From Azolla caroliniana (lineage: Eukaryota > Plantae > Polypodiophyta), in NCBI GenBank assembly GCA_043228905.1, contig JBHGNT010000003.1, forward strand, positions 25,358,001 to 25,422,000: 64,000 nucleotides of DNA, in the 5' to 3' direction. Positions 29,631-43,100 of this stretch are shown piece by piece. The notes below the pieces were generated by a model. The model did no database searches. It was not told the DNA's origin and saw nothing but the letters and a program-made list of their open reading frames with translations. The position numbers and the translations under genes were made by a program. How positions within the stretch are numbered: the stretch's first letter is position 1; every line of letters starts with the position of its first letter.

Positions 29631-30002
29631 GGCGGATCGGTCACATCGGGGAGGGGCTCTGGCGATGGTGGGAGGGAGAACAGATGTGGGCAATGACTTT
29701 TTCTAGAGAGAGAGAGAGAGAGAGAGAGAGAACGCAGAGAAAAACAGAGATGGGCGATGGCTTCTCTTGAAGAGAGAGAGAGAGAACAGAGAACAGAGAA
29801 AAGGTTATTATTGTAGATGCCCCTTGAGGCCTTTTGTCCGTGTTCACACACAAACAACATGTCCACCATGGCATTGACACACCGTTGGCTCTCGAGATGG
29901 TGCCGATGGATCGGCCTCGCCCGACCCAGATGTGGTGGATATGATGCAATTGTGCACATGAGCAAGTGGGTCTAGCCGAGCACTCGAGCATGTCCCACAC
30001 AG

Positions 30003-30242
30003 GTGGGGAGTAGCGGGATCATCAATGTTTGGTTCAGTGATCTTTTTTTACGTAATGTCTCCCTCCATGCAAAAAATAGCCAGCCACATCTGTTTGAGAT
30101 GGTTTGTCCATACGTGGGGTGGGGAGTACGCGGGATCATTACTGTTTGGTTCAATGATCTTTTTATAGGTTGGTTTTGTAATGTTCCCTCCCATGCAGAG
30201 ATAGCCAACCAGCTAGCCAACCTTTTGTTTGAGATGGTTTGA
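30003..30242. repeat. ~117-bp imperfect direct duplication upstream of the hypothetical gene
   Basis: gtggggagta(c)gcgggatcat..tgtttggttca.tgatcttttt...ccctc.catgca...tgtttgagatggttt, present twice. Confidence 0.8.
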
Positions 30243-33200
30243 GAAGTGAATACGGGTTGTTATTCCCTTCGTGCATACAATGTGGGAAGTTGTCTATGGG
30301 GCATGGTGAAACCCCCCATATAATAGGTGGGGGGCAATCATTGACTTTGTACTCTCCTCATGGTATGTCAGTCATCAGTTGATGCCAACAAAGAAAACTT
30401 AACGGGTTTTTGACATACTATCACTCGAAATTGGTCACGTATGCAACTCTGAACAAATGCTTGGGTATTGTGTACATACACTATGGGGGGGAGTGGGGGT
30501 GTAAGTTTAAGTGACACTATAAAGGCTTGACGTTTGAGAAATAGCATGAAAGGTGCACTCTCGCATAGGTACCAAATATTGTATGAAGAAGACAATTTAT
30601 AGCTTCGGATGCTTGGTTTTATGATAAACAAAATTATCACTCTTGTATAAGATAAATGTGTGAGGGACATGTACAAGTCTGTGAATATATCTCCCAACAA
30701 ATAACGGACATGTTAGGCTTGGGACCATGGTTGGGAAGAGATTCCGCAAGCAAGTGAAATATATCCTAACCGATAACAAACTTCTATGATTTGGATTCAT
30801 AAGGTCTATTACTTCATGGTTCATAACAACCAAAATCATTATTCAAATCTATAAACACATGAAGTAATAGACCTTTGTTATGAGAAATGCATACAAACAC
30901 GTTAATGCAATTTAGTTTGCATGATTAAAGGTATACTTCGTTTTTAGGCTCCCATTTTTAGTGTGTGTTAATAATTAAATAGGCAAATAGAGTCTACAAA
31001 TGTTAGATAAACCACTAGACATGCACATGAAATGATGCTAAGGGCCCACATGAGGCAAAATGAAAACCCGACACTCTTCCTTATATGCACTAACCTTCCC
31101 GACATAGGCAATTGAAAACTCCTTGGACAAATACCAATTCTCACATGCACCATTATATTATATTATCTTAGGCTTCCTCGTAATAGTGATGAAACAATTC
31201 CCAATATGTATCGAGGGACAACAAATGGTATGCATCGAGATAAGGAACTCAAACCATATTCATACTTAAACTAATTGGTGAAAAATCAACATTTTTTTGA
31301 CAAATGGGTTGTTTCCGAGCTTGAGTCGCCCATTTATACCATGAGGGCTTTGTGTATAAAATGATTGAGGGATGCAACAAATATATTTAATAGATGTTTT
31401 TCTTTTTGCATGTTACCTAGTGAAAACATAGGACATAGGATTTTCTTTTGCCACTTTGTGATGAAAAAGTGAAGAAACATAACAATAAAAAATCATGTCA
31501 ATCCAAAGGAGATAATCGAATGAGTCGAACCTCACAAAATGGTATAAGGTTAATTAAAGGCTAACATATAAACTAGATGGGGCAATTAGCTTAATATAGG
31601 ATTGTTTTGAGCCTCATGCCTATGAATATCATGTTGAGCAATACTCATAATTGGTTTTAATTGCGTAGGTACATTTTATAATTATGCAATTAAACCATAT
31701 GTCAAGTTATGCTTGTTGATTTCTCACACATATTCATATAAATGATTATGTTTCCTTGCAGGTTATATCCATAACAATCCTCAAATGAAAGCAAAAAAGG
31801 CAAATTTCATACTAATTTTATGTTATGTACTCCACTTTTGGGCATACACTTCAATCCATCTGCTTTTTTTGATAATGAAAGATGTATATTTGCATATCCC
31901 TATCGCAAGGAATGTTGATACATAAATAGTTTTTCCATGAAACATATGCATTGTAGATGAAGATACATCAAAAACATATTATACATGTTAACCCATTGGA
32001 TGTGCACTCCACACAAACGGTCAAGTGATGGTGTTATGGGCATGACCATAATTTATCTTGGGCATCAAAGTGCCCTTGTCAAAGATAGCCTTGAGGGTAA
32101 TGGAGCAAAATACCCTAGTTCATCATCCTTGTCAAGAGATTTCACTACGTGTATGGCCATGGAAGACAAGAACCATTGTTGAAGTAATTCAAATATATTG
32201 TTAGTAGTGTATTGTCATAACATTGATTCTATACTGTATTGGAGCCATGACTATTATTTATACATTGGTGGATACATTCTAAGTCGTAACATCAATCAAT
32301 ACATTAAATCTTCTTGCATTGCACCTCAAGCAAGTTGTCGAAACTATTCTCCGTTCGACTCATTGATAGTAAACCTAAATATGTTCCCAATATCATGAAT
32401 GGTAGAGCTTTATGGCAAGTCATTTGCTCCCACATTAGCACCACATGCAATATTTTGTTCCTAGGTCCAATCTTCAAAGTATACATGTATGAGCATATTC
32501 AATGAATCAATATAGGTCACTTGAAAAAACACACCCCTAGCAATATGATTGGAAAACAACCAAGTTGCTCACGAGTTCATTAAGGTTAGAAAGGGGGTGT
32601 TTTGTCATGCAAAACATGTCGGGATAATTAAGTGCCTATTGTCAACTATTTACTTACGAGACAAAGTGATATGCATAGTATACGCCCATGGTAAAAAAAA
32701 AACCGATATAACTTTGTTGAACTATTTCAAGAAGTGAATCACATACTTAATTAGAAGCAACAATAATTTAAGAAGCATGGAAAGTAGAATAACTTCTCAC
32801 GATGTGGAGAGACATATGGCACAATGAAGCTCAACTTTCAACAACTACATCTCTCTTTGTATGTTGTATACAAGAATATCTTAAGAGTTTGATTTTGATT
32901 AATCTTGGTTGACATGGCATGAACCTCGTGAATGGATGGCTCAAAACATCAACATTGGATGACAATCGTCTTAAAATATATAGTAAGATCAAAGAGTGCG
33001 AGCGTGTTTTTTGGCACTCATTGTGGATGGGGAAAAAATGCATTGTTTTGCAGGGCTACCAAAACGTATTGATACTCGAATCGATCGGCAGAGCGCAACC
33101 TTTAAAAACATTTTAAGCATTCACGTGATCACAATCCATCGACCGAAAAACAAAATGGAGTTGCCATGTTTTGATCGAAGCTTGAGAAAGCATCGAAAAA

Positions 33201-33588
33201 CCAGATGAAATCTTGAGGCTGGAGCCGACCCCAGGAACATATATAGTTCATCAAAGGTAGCCATAGAAACATGAAATTGAGAAGAAGAAGAAGAAGTGCA
33301 CTAAAAGTTTCCATGTGAAATTGGAGGAGATCAAAGAGTGTGTGTGTATTTCTTTTGTTTATTCAGTGTTTTAAAAAAACAAAAAAAGGCTCTACTGTTA
33401 ACAGTATTTTTTTAGCTCACACTTAACTAATGCAAAGAAGATGAACAGAGAAATGAAGAAGAAACAGAGCCTCCCGAAAAAGCTATGGAAGCTTAAGTAA
33501 CCGTGTGTGTCTATACTATGCACATTTACTTACTTTCTCGTCTGGCTTTTGTGTCGCATTTTTTTGTTAATACACTGAAAAAACAGAC

Positions 33589-36500
33589 ATGGGAAGGGAC
33601 CCATCATTGATAAGGAGTTTCCGAATGAACCCAAGTTTGTCTCATCGCAGAGGATGGCCAAATAAGTTTCGGTTTCTTCTATTGGGCGGTGTTGTTTGGG
33701 CCTTTCTGCTAACCCTAATCTGTCTCTCTCTCATATGGGCTTGTGGCTCTCCTAATGGCCCACCTCCAGGTATGGTCTTTCTCTTTGCTTTCTTTGTTTT
33801 TTCAGTAAAGATTTGGCCTTGATTCAAGAAAAATTAAGACATTTTGTGAGTATTGAGATTTGACACAATTTTCCTTCGATAGAATAAGACATGCTAAAGC
33901 TGCTTCAATTTCTAGCATAATTTCTGTATGATATAAAATTTGATTCTGGATTCAAGAAAAATGAAGATTTTTTTGCAGTTTAGATTTACCACATTTTTTA
34001 CATGATAAAAGTAAGATATGCTAAGGTTTAGGGTTTAGTTTATCCATGAAATCAAGATGTCAAGTTTTGCACAGTTTCGATATGATATAATATAGAATGT
34101 TGATTCAAGAAACGAAGACATTTTGTGGATACTTATATTGGCTTAGCTTTTTAAACGATAGAAGAAGATATACTAGGTTGTAAGATTTGTTCTTGAGTCA
34201 AGAAAACATGAATTTGTTTATAAGTAGATTTGGCCATGGTCCCCCCAAAGCACCACCTCTAGATACAATCTCTTTTTTTTGTTTCCCTGTGCTTCAGCAG
34301 AAAGACTTGATTTTGATTTAAGAATTAAAGAAATGCTGTGGGTAGATTGAACCATTTTGATATGATATAATAAGATTTGCCAAGCTGGTAAAATCTTGTC
34401 ATTCAAAAAATTCAAGATATTTTGTGGGTACACTATATAGTTCTTCACAAGACATGCAAAAGTTGTAGGATTGTGTCTTGATTCTAGAAACCGTGAATTT
34501 TTGTGGTAGATTGCACAATTCTTTTTGTTATGCTAAAGGTTCTAAGATTTGTTCTTGATTCAAGTTTGTGGGTGAATGTTTTTATATGGAGTGCTGTGGT
34601 TATAACCATTGTGGCTAGATTTTGTAGTTTGTATATGGTATTCTAAGTTTGTAAAATTTGGACTCATTTCAAGAAATCATGAAAAATTGAACACCTTTTG
34701 TGGCTTGTTTGCATAGTTTTTATATGTTATACCAAGGTCATAAGGCTTGGGCATGATTCAAGCAATCATGAAATTGTGTGGGCACAGTGTTATATGATAT
34801 ATGATATGCTAGTGTTGTTTTCCTTACATTTTCTTATAGAATTGCAGGTAACTGCAAGAAAAACAAGCTTTACATTCTTTTTGGATCGTTTGGATTGATC
34901 CCCAAGCAGGCTCACCGTAAGTATTATGCATCTCGATATGATCGAAAACATTCATTTCTTCTAAATTTCCTATTTATGATTATAACAGGTTGCACTATAC
35001 CTATCAAGAATGATCCCTATGCTATAACAATACCAGCATCAAATGAACTCCATGTCAGTGACCCATTTTTCTTCAATCTCACATACATTGAAACTGATCG
35101 GCCAGGATCAATGGGACTACCTTTATTTGGGGGTTACCAGACGTGGAAGCAGCGTGAAGAAAGCTTCCAAATACACCCCAAAATGAAGGTAACATGATAA
35201 TGAAGCCTGTAAGTGTTGGGATTAAAGGCCATTTGTTTCAAGAAATTGACTAGTATTATTATTATTCGAAGCTTCTAATAAAGGAGCATTTGAAGATGTT
35301 ATTTTGGTAAATTGTTTGATGCATAGCGTGGAGTACAAACTGGAAATGCGGACGATTGTGTAACAAGAAGGGGAGATGATGGGTCAAAATATAGAATGTA
35401 AATATGTAGAAATATATTAAAACCACAACACAAAGATTGAATATAATATATTAAATATGATTAAAACCACAACATAAATATTGAATTTAATAGCTTTGAC
35501 ATAGATAACATTGAAAATCTTTTAAATTTCTAAAATTTATTGCTTACTGTGAGTATAGACATGCGTAGACATGATGGACAGACAAAATAAATGTAAAATT
35601 TTCAGAAACTGTGTAGTGGTGAAATGGAAAATCAGAGAAAATGCTAGGAAATGGAAGAGTGAGGGGAAGGGAGTCTGCACTATGTGGGACTTAAGGAGAC
35701 ATGAGACAGGAAGAAATATAAATAAATGGTTGGACAAATTATCTATAGGTTATAAAACCCTAAAAGTACAGAAGATTGGCCTAATATTTCTACAGTTGCC
35801 AATATTTAGCACATTTCTGGCAAATATTAGTTATCTTAACTTAATTTATTGTACAAGTGGACAAATTTTCGTCTTAAAATTAGCTGAAGGTTTTCGAATT
35901 TTTTGATGCCCCTAACTTGTTCCGTACTAAGGAGTTACCACTAAAAATGGTGAGTAAAAACGTTTGTTAAAAACAAGGAAACAAAATTTGCAATGAAAGA
36001 GAGGTAAGAGGTGAAGAGGAGGGGGGGGATCCCCGCTAAACAACTCTAACAAAAAAATTAAAAAAACATTAGAGGAAAATAAAAAGGCCGCATATTCCCC
36101 TTGAGAATTGGAGCACAAGTTGTCTTCCCTAGGACTTAGGGCTAACATATGAAATAATGTGGGGGGAGAAAAGTCTAGGGTTAGCTAGCATATATTGCCC
36201 AATTTAACCGATGGGGCCATAATAAACATATGCATCTTGTACGTGTTTCATTCTTAAGAAGGGTTATTGCTACTATGTGTAGGCAGTGCTTTGAGTATGG
36301 CACCTACTTGTCACACCCACTTGGTGAATCTTCATAATTTTTGCAAACCACATTATATGCCGAGCATTTGAGAAGTGAGATTCATCCTCTACTAAGTCTT
36401 CATTGCATACCTTGCCTCTCTTCATAATTGTTGTGATGCCTCAATGCCTAACTTGTGGAACAAAATTTCATGCATTATTTTTAGGTTTTAATCTGTTTTA

Positions 36501-38045
36501 ACATATACTAGATTTTGATACTATTGTCCATTGATTCTTTTGTTATGGTTTATTTTTGAAAAATGTCTCTGATTTCTTTCAAAATTCAACCACTTCAAAC
36601 TTTGACTACATATAATGGGTATACTACTTGTCAGATACATTGTGGCTTTATGAACAATTCTGGAGGTGATATCGATAAGCAAGATAAAAATTTTGTAAAG
36701 AAGTGCCGATTTGTGGTAGCATCTGGTATTTTTGATGGCTATGATACTCCACATCAGCCATCCAACATTAGTGCCTTGTCCCAGAAACTCTTTTGTTTCC
36801 TCATGGTAGTTGATGAGAAATCAATGACAAGTATTGAGACAATTCTTAATATTACAACTGATGACTATGGGGGAAAGTGGGCTGGCCTCTGGAGACTCAT
36901 TCTATTCCGGAACTCTCCATATGATGAACCTCGGAGGAATGGTAAAGTGCCAAAACTCTTAACACACCGAATGTTTCCAAATGCTGAATATAGCATTTGG
37001 ATCGATGGGAAGATGGAACTCTTGGTTGATCCCCTTCTCATTCTTGAAAGGTAAGGGTCGTATAAGTTACTACTACATACTATATTCAATGACTTTTTAT
37101 CCTTTATTTTCTCTCAATGAGGAATGATTGTGGCAACTGAGTGCTGGGGTATGAGATCCCAGGATTTAAAATACAAGATATAGCCTCATAAGCCAAGACC
37201 CTAAACATGAGGCCACAATTAGTTCTAGTTGCTAACCAGCGATTCCACATGGCATGGGGAGATGAAACTTTTTTAGCTTGTAAATCATAGGTATCTATGG
37301 AGAGGCAAACACAACTTTGCGATTGCTCGGCACAAGCATCATCGGAGTGTATATGAAGAGGCTGATGCAAACAAACGAAGGAAGCGTTATGCTCGACCCC
37401 TCATCGACAAACAAATCCAAATATATGAGCATGAAGGCATGCAGCCATGGAGCTCTCGTACATCAACTCTCCCTAGTGGTAAGCGATAACATAAAATAGA
37501 AACTGTGTCTTATAATATTACAATGTGTATTTATTTTCCACCTCTGGTTTAGAGGGCAAGGGAACTAGATCAGTATGCCATCTGACAACAGTTTGATAAC
37601 TGATTTTCTACTCAATTATATTCTCGTTTTTCTACTTTGATTGTGATTTTCTACTCAACTGTAAAACTGTTCTTCTAAAACATTGATTTCAGATGTACCT
37701 GAAGGGGCAATCATTATTCGCAAGCATACTCCATTGACGAATTTGTTCAGTTGTTTATGGTTCAACGAAGTTAATCGATTCACACCTCGGGATCAGCTTA
37801 GCTTTGGTTATGTCGTTTATCGACTAAATGGATCATTTCCCTTTTTCATGTTCCCTAATTGTGAATATAATTCCCTATTCTTTTTACATAAGCATACAAG
37901 AGAACATTCATCGGTCATCGAATGGGTTAAGTCTCTGGATGAGCTCAAGAGCAATACATCAATGGTGGAAAGCCGTGGTGGCATCGGATTATTCACGCCC
38001 TACCTAGTGGATTCCTTTAATGCCACAAACCTTGTCAAAAAATAA
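33589..38045 (+). CDS. DUF616 (TOD1/MUCI70-like) putative glycosyltransferase, type II membrane protein; exons 33589-33769, 34989-35188, 36635-37050, 37291-37478, 37693-38045
   Basis: N-terminal TM segment (FLLLGGVVWAFLLTLICLSLIW). Motifs FGGYQTWKQREESF, IHCGFM, VVASGIFDGYD, PRRNGKVPKLLTHRMFPNAEYSIWIDGK, YEEADANKRRKRY, DVPEGAIIIR and LWFNEVNRFTPRDQLSFGYV. Confidence 0.93.
33815..34790. repeat. Degenerate intronic minisatellite (TTGATTCAAGAAA...AAGACATTTTGTG), ~9 copies
   Basis: Copies at about 33819, 33948, 34100, 34193, 34400, 34479, 34555, 34667 and 34754 in DUF616 intron 1. Confidence 0.65.
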
Positions 38046-40176
38046 CATCTTTCTCCACTTCCCCATTTACCTAAAAATGCATTTTTGTTTTTGGATGAGA
38101 TACTGAGCAACATGATGTATACCTTCGTCTGTACCACCACTCTTTACTAAAAGTAATATTATTTGGTTGTCCCTTGGTGTAATTTCTCTAATGGTCTCAA
38201 AAGGTAATGCATCTGATCTTCATCATCAGAAAGTGAGCCAGGTCATCTTTCATTTCATTCATTTATCTATTTTTCTTTCTTCTTTTAATGGTTATCAAAA
38301 TGAGTCTCTCCCTCTTTGTTGACTGACATTTGGATAATATTTTGTGTTGTTTTTCATAAGAAAAGACTTGTAGAACATTTAGCTTTTTAGCTGGATGGTA
38401 GTTAGGAAGTTTAGGAGTGGGGTCATTTGCAATTTGAGTATCTACTCTCTTGGATAATCTGTTGGTGGCCTGGGCTGTACTTGGTTGATGCTTGGTTTGG
38501 TGTATAAGGGATGGCAAGTGCTACCTAGGCTTCGAGGGAGCTCATGTTCTGCCTAAATTGTGTGGTTGGGAGTCTATTTCGAAGTTTGGCTTGTGTAATG
38601 CAGTTTGAGATATCGGAGCAGTGCTCACACACCCTCTTCCTACAAAGATAGTGTCTTGAGCATTGCAAATGGTATATTCATAGAAAGACTAAGTAGATGA
38701 AGGACACCCATACCATAATGTTCACAAAGCACAGGCCAATTAAATGTCTTCCCCCACAAGTTAGATATTGAAGCAGCACAGACATTTCTCCAAGAAGGAA
38801 TAAGATGCTGTTTCAAGATCTATTGCAACATTACCCACAAAAGCCTTGAATCAAAACCTCTTCAGACAAAGATTGTCATGAGCAACTCAAATACTTTGTG
38901 TAGATAGGGCCAACAAACCCTGCAAGTTATGTCCACTCTTTGAGCACATACCAAAGAAGTATGTCACAATCCTTGCCAAGTACAATGCTCTCTGATAAAT
39001 GGGGGTCAAGCACATGGAATACTTTTGTAGATGCCCAACCTCCAAACCATATGCCACTTCTCACAAAGTAAAAAAACGTATAGCCAATGATGGCGAAGGC
39101 TGATCCACATCAATTTAGCTAGGGCGTGGGCGTGCTCAAGATTTAGATACAAACATATTCAAGATTTAGACACCCATTAGCACATGAATCACAAAATCAT
39201 TTGCACATCCCTTCTTCGTAGGTCCACAGTTCCATCAAAAACATGCCCAAGGAGTCAATGTTGAACAAGAGTGCATTGACAACAAAGTCTATGTACCAAG
39301 ACAAAGGCATAGGGATCGTAACAACAGTAGATCATGGAGGTCAACGCTCACCATGTTTTAACCACTTGAGAACACCAAATGCCATTGCTCACCATGTCTT
39401 CACCACTTGAGAACACCAAATGCATCAAGTGTGTTTCCTTGTGCTCACTCCACCACACCAACCAACCTTGGACACTGCATCCCCACTAGCACTCAATCCC
39501 ACAATAATAGCTACAATTGTAAAATGTGAGCTTATACATTACAATCACTTTTTTTCATATAGCAATCATATTTTTCATTTAAACAAGCATTTCAACTAGT
39601 TCATCCAACAAAATGGAAGAACATATTAAAGTTATTTAATGCTTTCGTTTGGGCATCAAAATTTCTATAATAATGTTTTCATTTGAGCATCAAAATTATT
39701 ATAAGAGAATATAGTGCAAGTTGTGCAAACTATGACAGGAAACCAATGCAATATAAATATGTTTGGCCAATCATTATATAGATGGCTTGAATTATTGATG
39801 CAATTCACATACCCACCTTGCAAGCCTTCGAATGTATGTGAGACCACCATCATCTGTACAGTACTATCACAAATTCTTCTAAATTTACAAATCCCTGGAC
39901 ATGCTACGACACATCCAAGAAAACTTTACATCAGGAAATTCTTTTAAATTTCCAAATTCCTGGACATGCTAAAGCACATCCAAGCAAGATTTTCTTTGGA
40001 TGTAATAGATTCTCAACATAGGTACACAAGCTGAATGCATTGCTAATAATCAGTTTCCACCATTGGCAATAACAAAATTGGTTGGAAATTGAAATATATA
40101 TTTATGTTTGGAAGTTTTATGGAAACTTCAATCAATGAGTCAATTCTATATTCATTCAAGTTTCAAGTGCTACCAT

Positions 40177-43100
40177 TCATGACACACTATATACACTCAA
40201 TTTCTTTGAAGTGTCGGCTACAAACAAATTTTCCGAATCTCTACTGGAAGTGCAAATCCAATTCACCTGCAATCATGAGGCATCTCTTAGTTGCTATGGC
40301 CAAAAACCATCACAATCATCATTCGATAGAGAGAAACATAAATTAAATCTACCTTTCTCTTGTGGTCCTCTGTTAAAAGCATGATCTCGCCATTCTTACA
40401 GTGCAAGTCCCACAGCTTAACAGATCTATCATTGCTGCCCGATATTACAAGTGTCTTACTTTGAGAGAACCTCGCAAATGTGCTGCATCAGTCCAAAGGA
40501 AAATGGTTGTCAAATGATGTTTCGTTTCAGAAATGTGTGTGTATGTATATGATGTATGGTAGGTTTATACATACGTATATGTATATATGCATGATACAAA
40601 TACATATACATGCATGCATGCATATGTGCACAAACATGCTCATATACACATGGCATATGTGTTGATGGGAAGATTTGATGTGGATTGGCAGCCTAAAATG
40701 ATGGAAAGAAAGCTCTTTTTGATCTACAAGACACTCAAATTGGCCACTTATAAATATATGCAAGTGTGCATGTCCACAGGTTTCCGAAACAAAGAAAAAG
40801 GTAGGGTAGGGTAAGGTATAGAGAATGTGACATTTCTTGTTTGTTTTGGTTGTCATGGAGCCATTGGTCATATGACTGGGGGGTTTAAAAATAATACTTT
40901 TTACAGAAAAACGAACATAAAACTGTAAAGAGAGAGCACGAGAGATCTTACACACATGATACTGCTGACTTATGGCCATCCAAATCATTATCAAACTCTA
41001 TTGATTGAGCCGGGTTGTTGATAAAAGATTTCTTATTTGGAGGCAGAGGTTTAGGTTGGTTTACACCACCAGGTCTCCACTTTTCCAACATCAAATCACA
41101 AAATTCTACCACCCCATCACCTCTTGCTACAGCAATCACTTTACCAGCGTCGCCTGATACCTTTCCTTCAGGTATGGCCAACGAATGCACAAAAGGGGGA
41201 TTGCAAAGCTGTGCACAACTACTTTGAGAGGAAACTGTACCTGGTAATTCCTGAGGGAAAATTAGAGCTTTGTGCCTTAAAAAAGGATTTTTTCATTTTG
41301 TAATCTTCTTTTCAAAACCACGGTTCACTAACTAGAAGACATAACTAGCTCATTATTACATAAAAAAGACATCAGCCCTAGTTTCGATTCCAGAAGGGAG
41401 CCATTAATGCATTGGTCAGCTAACCATTTATCTATCACTTTATTGTAGATTTAGCTTATTGTATATGAGTCTGCATCTTTCATGCATTTTGAATCTTCCT
41501 TTAAAGCCACATTTCAGTAATTAGACGAGATGACTACCAAAACATGGCATCAACATTTCAGAAGGAACAGAATTGCCTTAGTTTCACTTCCATCAGTCAG
41601 ATACTCACACTGGTCAGCGACACATTCATTAATCACTAGAAGAGGATTTTCAATGAGTTTTTCCCGTGCTCATAAGATACTGCAAAAGGATCTTGGATGT
41701 GTTACTTGCCATTGCAAGGTAAATTTTCAGCCTTAAGATCTCATCAAGATCTCTCCTCCATAGTTGCTGCTTTTTCTCTTGTATGTATAATAACTCGACC
41801 TGCAATCCTTTCTCAACAGTAGTAAGACAGAGTATTAGGGCAGTCGAGAATCAATATAGAATTTCAGAGGAACGCTTTAATTATGGATTTATGCTCCTTT
41901 TTCACAGAAAACTTGTTTCGAAGCGTCAAAAATTTCTACCCATGATCTCATGGGCTCATCTAGAATCTTTGCGCTTAAGGATTCTGGAATTTCCTATAGT
42001 GTATGTAAGTTTCTTAAATTGATAAAAGCATTTTGCAACTTCATGCAATGTCTTTTGAAATAAAGAAAGACTGACTACATCTGGCATTGGAATTGGAAGA
42101 TGCTAAATAATTCAAGGTTTCTATTATTCAAAACTTGCTTCATCAAAATAGAAAGTTTGACCATCTTTGTTTTACAAAAGTTGGTTATTAAAATATTTGG
42201 AGAATGTGATGCCACAAGCCTCTGGTCTTACCATCAATTATAATTGCCTGATCGTTTATGCCTCGGTTTTTTTATTTTGTCACACATCTCCTATTATCAT
42301 AAGGATTTGATTCAGAAAGGCCAAAAACAATAAACAGTAGCCGTGCAAAAAATTTAATATAGTTGTAGCTACCCTGAGAAATGCCAATATGATAAGAAAA
42401 TGGGAGGAGAGTTGTATACAAAGGTATAACTCTATCTCATTCAAGATGGATCTTGCTTTACATTTAATCTAACTCTAAAATAAAACATACACAAACCTTG
42501 GTCAATAGACTTGAGAGGTTTTCCTTTGGAAATATCCCACTTCACAATTTTTGCATCTAAGCCCCCCGATATTACTGCAGAAATGCAATTGTACAACTGG
42601 TTATTTTGATTGTTCAAGCAAAATTCAGTCAGATACATCAGTTAAATAAGTGTGGATTCCTTCTCAGAAATGTAAATTTCAGCTCTAATATCAAGTAGTC
42701 TTAACACATTGGGAGAAAAAGAAAAGAGAATTAGATTAGGATTTCAAGTCTCTACTTACGTTCCCATGGATGCTGGGGATGAAATTGAACAGTACTGCAA
42801 ATCTATAAGTTATGTCAAATAAAACACAGATTTCTTTCTAGCTTGTTATTAAATAAACTAATCATTATATAAGCATTCTTGTTTGTGGTCTTTTGGTGAT
42901 AAAATATGAATCTATAGGTTATATAGGCTTAATCCTTGATTCAAAATTGTATCAAATGCAGTTAAGTCAATGAATAATGTAGGATGCCACGATATGATTA
43001 GTTCACGAACTGAAGGATACATTTGTATGAACATTTCGCAAGGTCTTAAGTAACTTGTGCCCATTCAGATCAATAACCTGCAAAGCAGTACAAAATCAGA

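Noticed and set aside
30400-33200. Possible decayed DNA-transposon coding region
   Set aside because: No motif, TIR or TSD that I could confirm.
38500-39330. Possible integrase relic on the minus strand (ESIVLGKD similar to SIVSDRD)
   Set aside because: Too degenerate to support.
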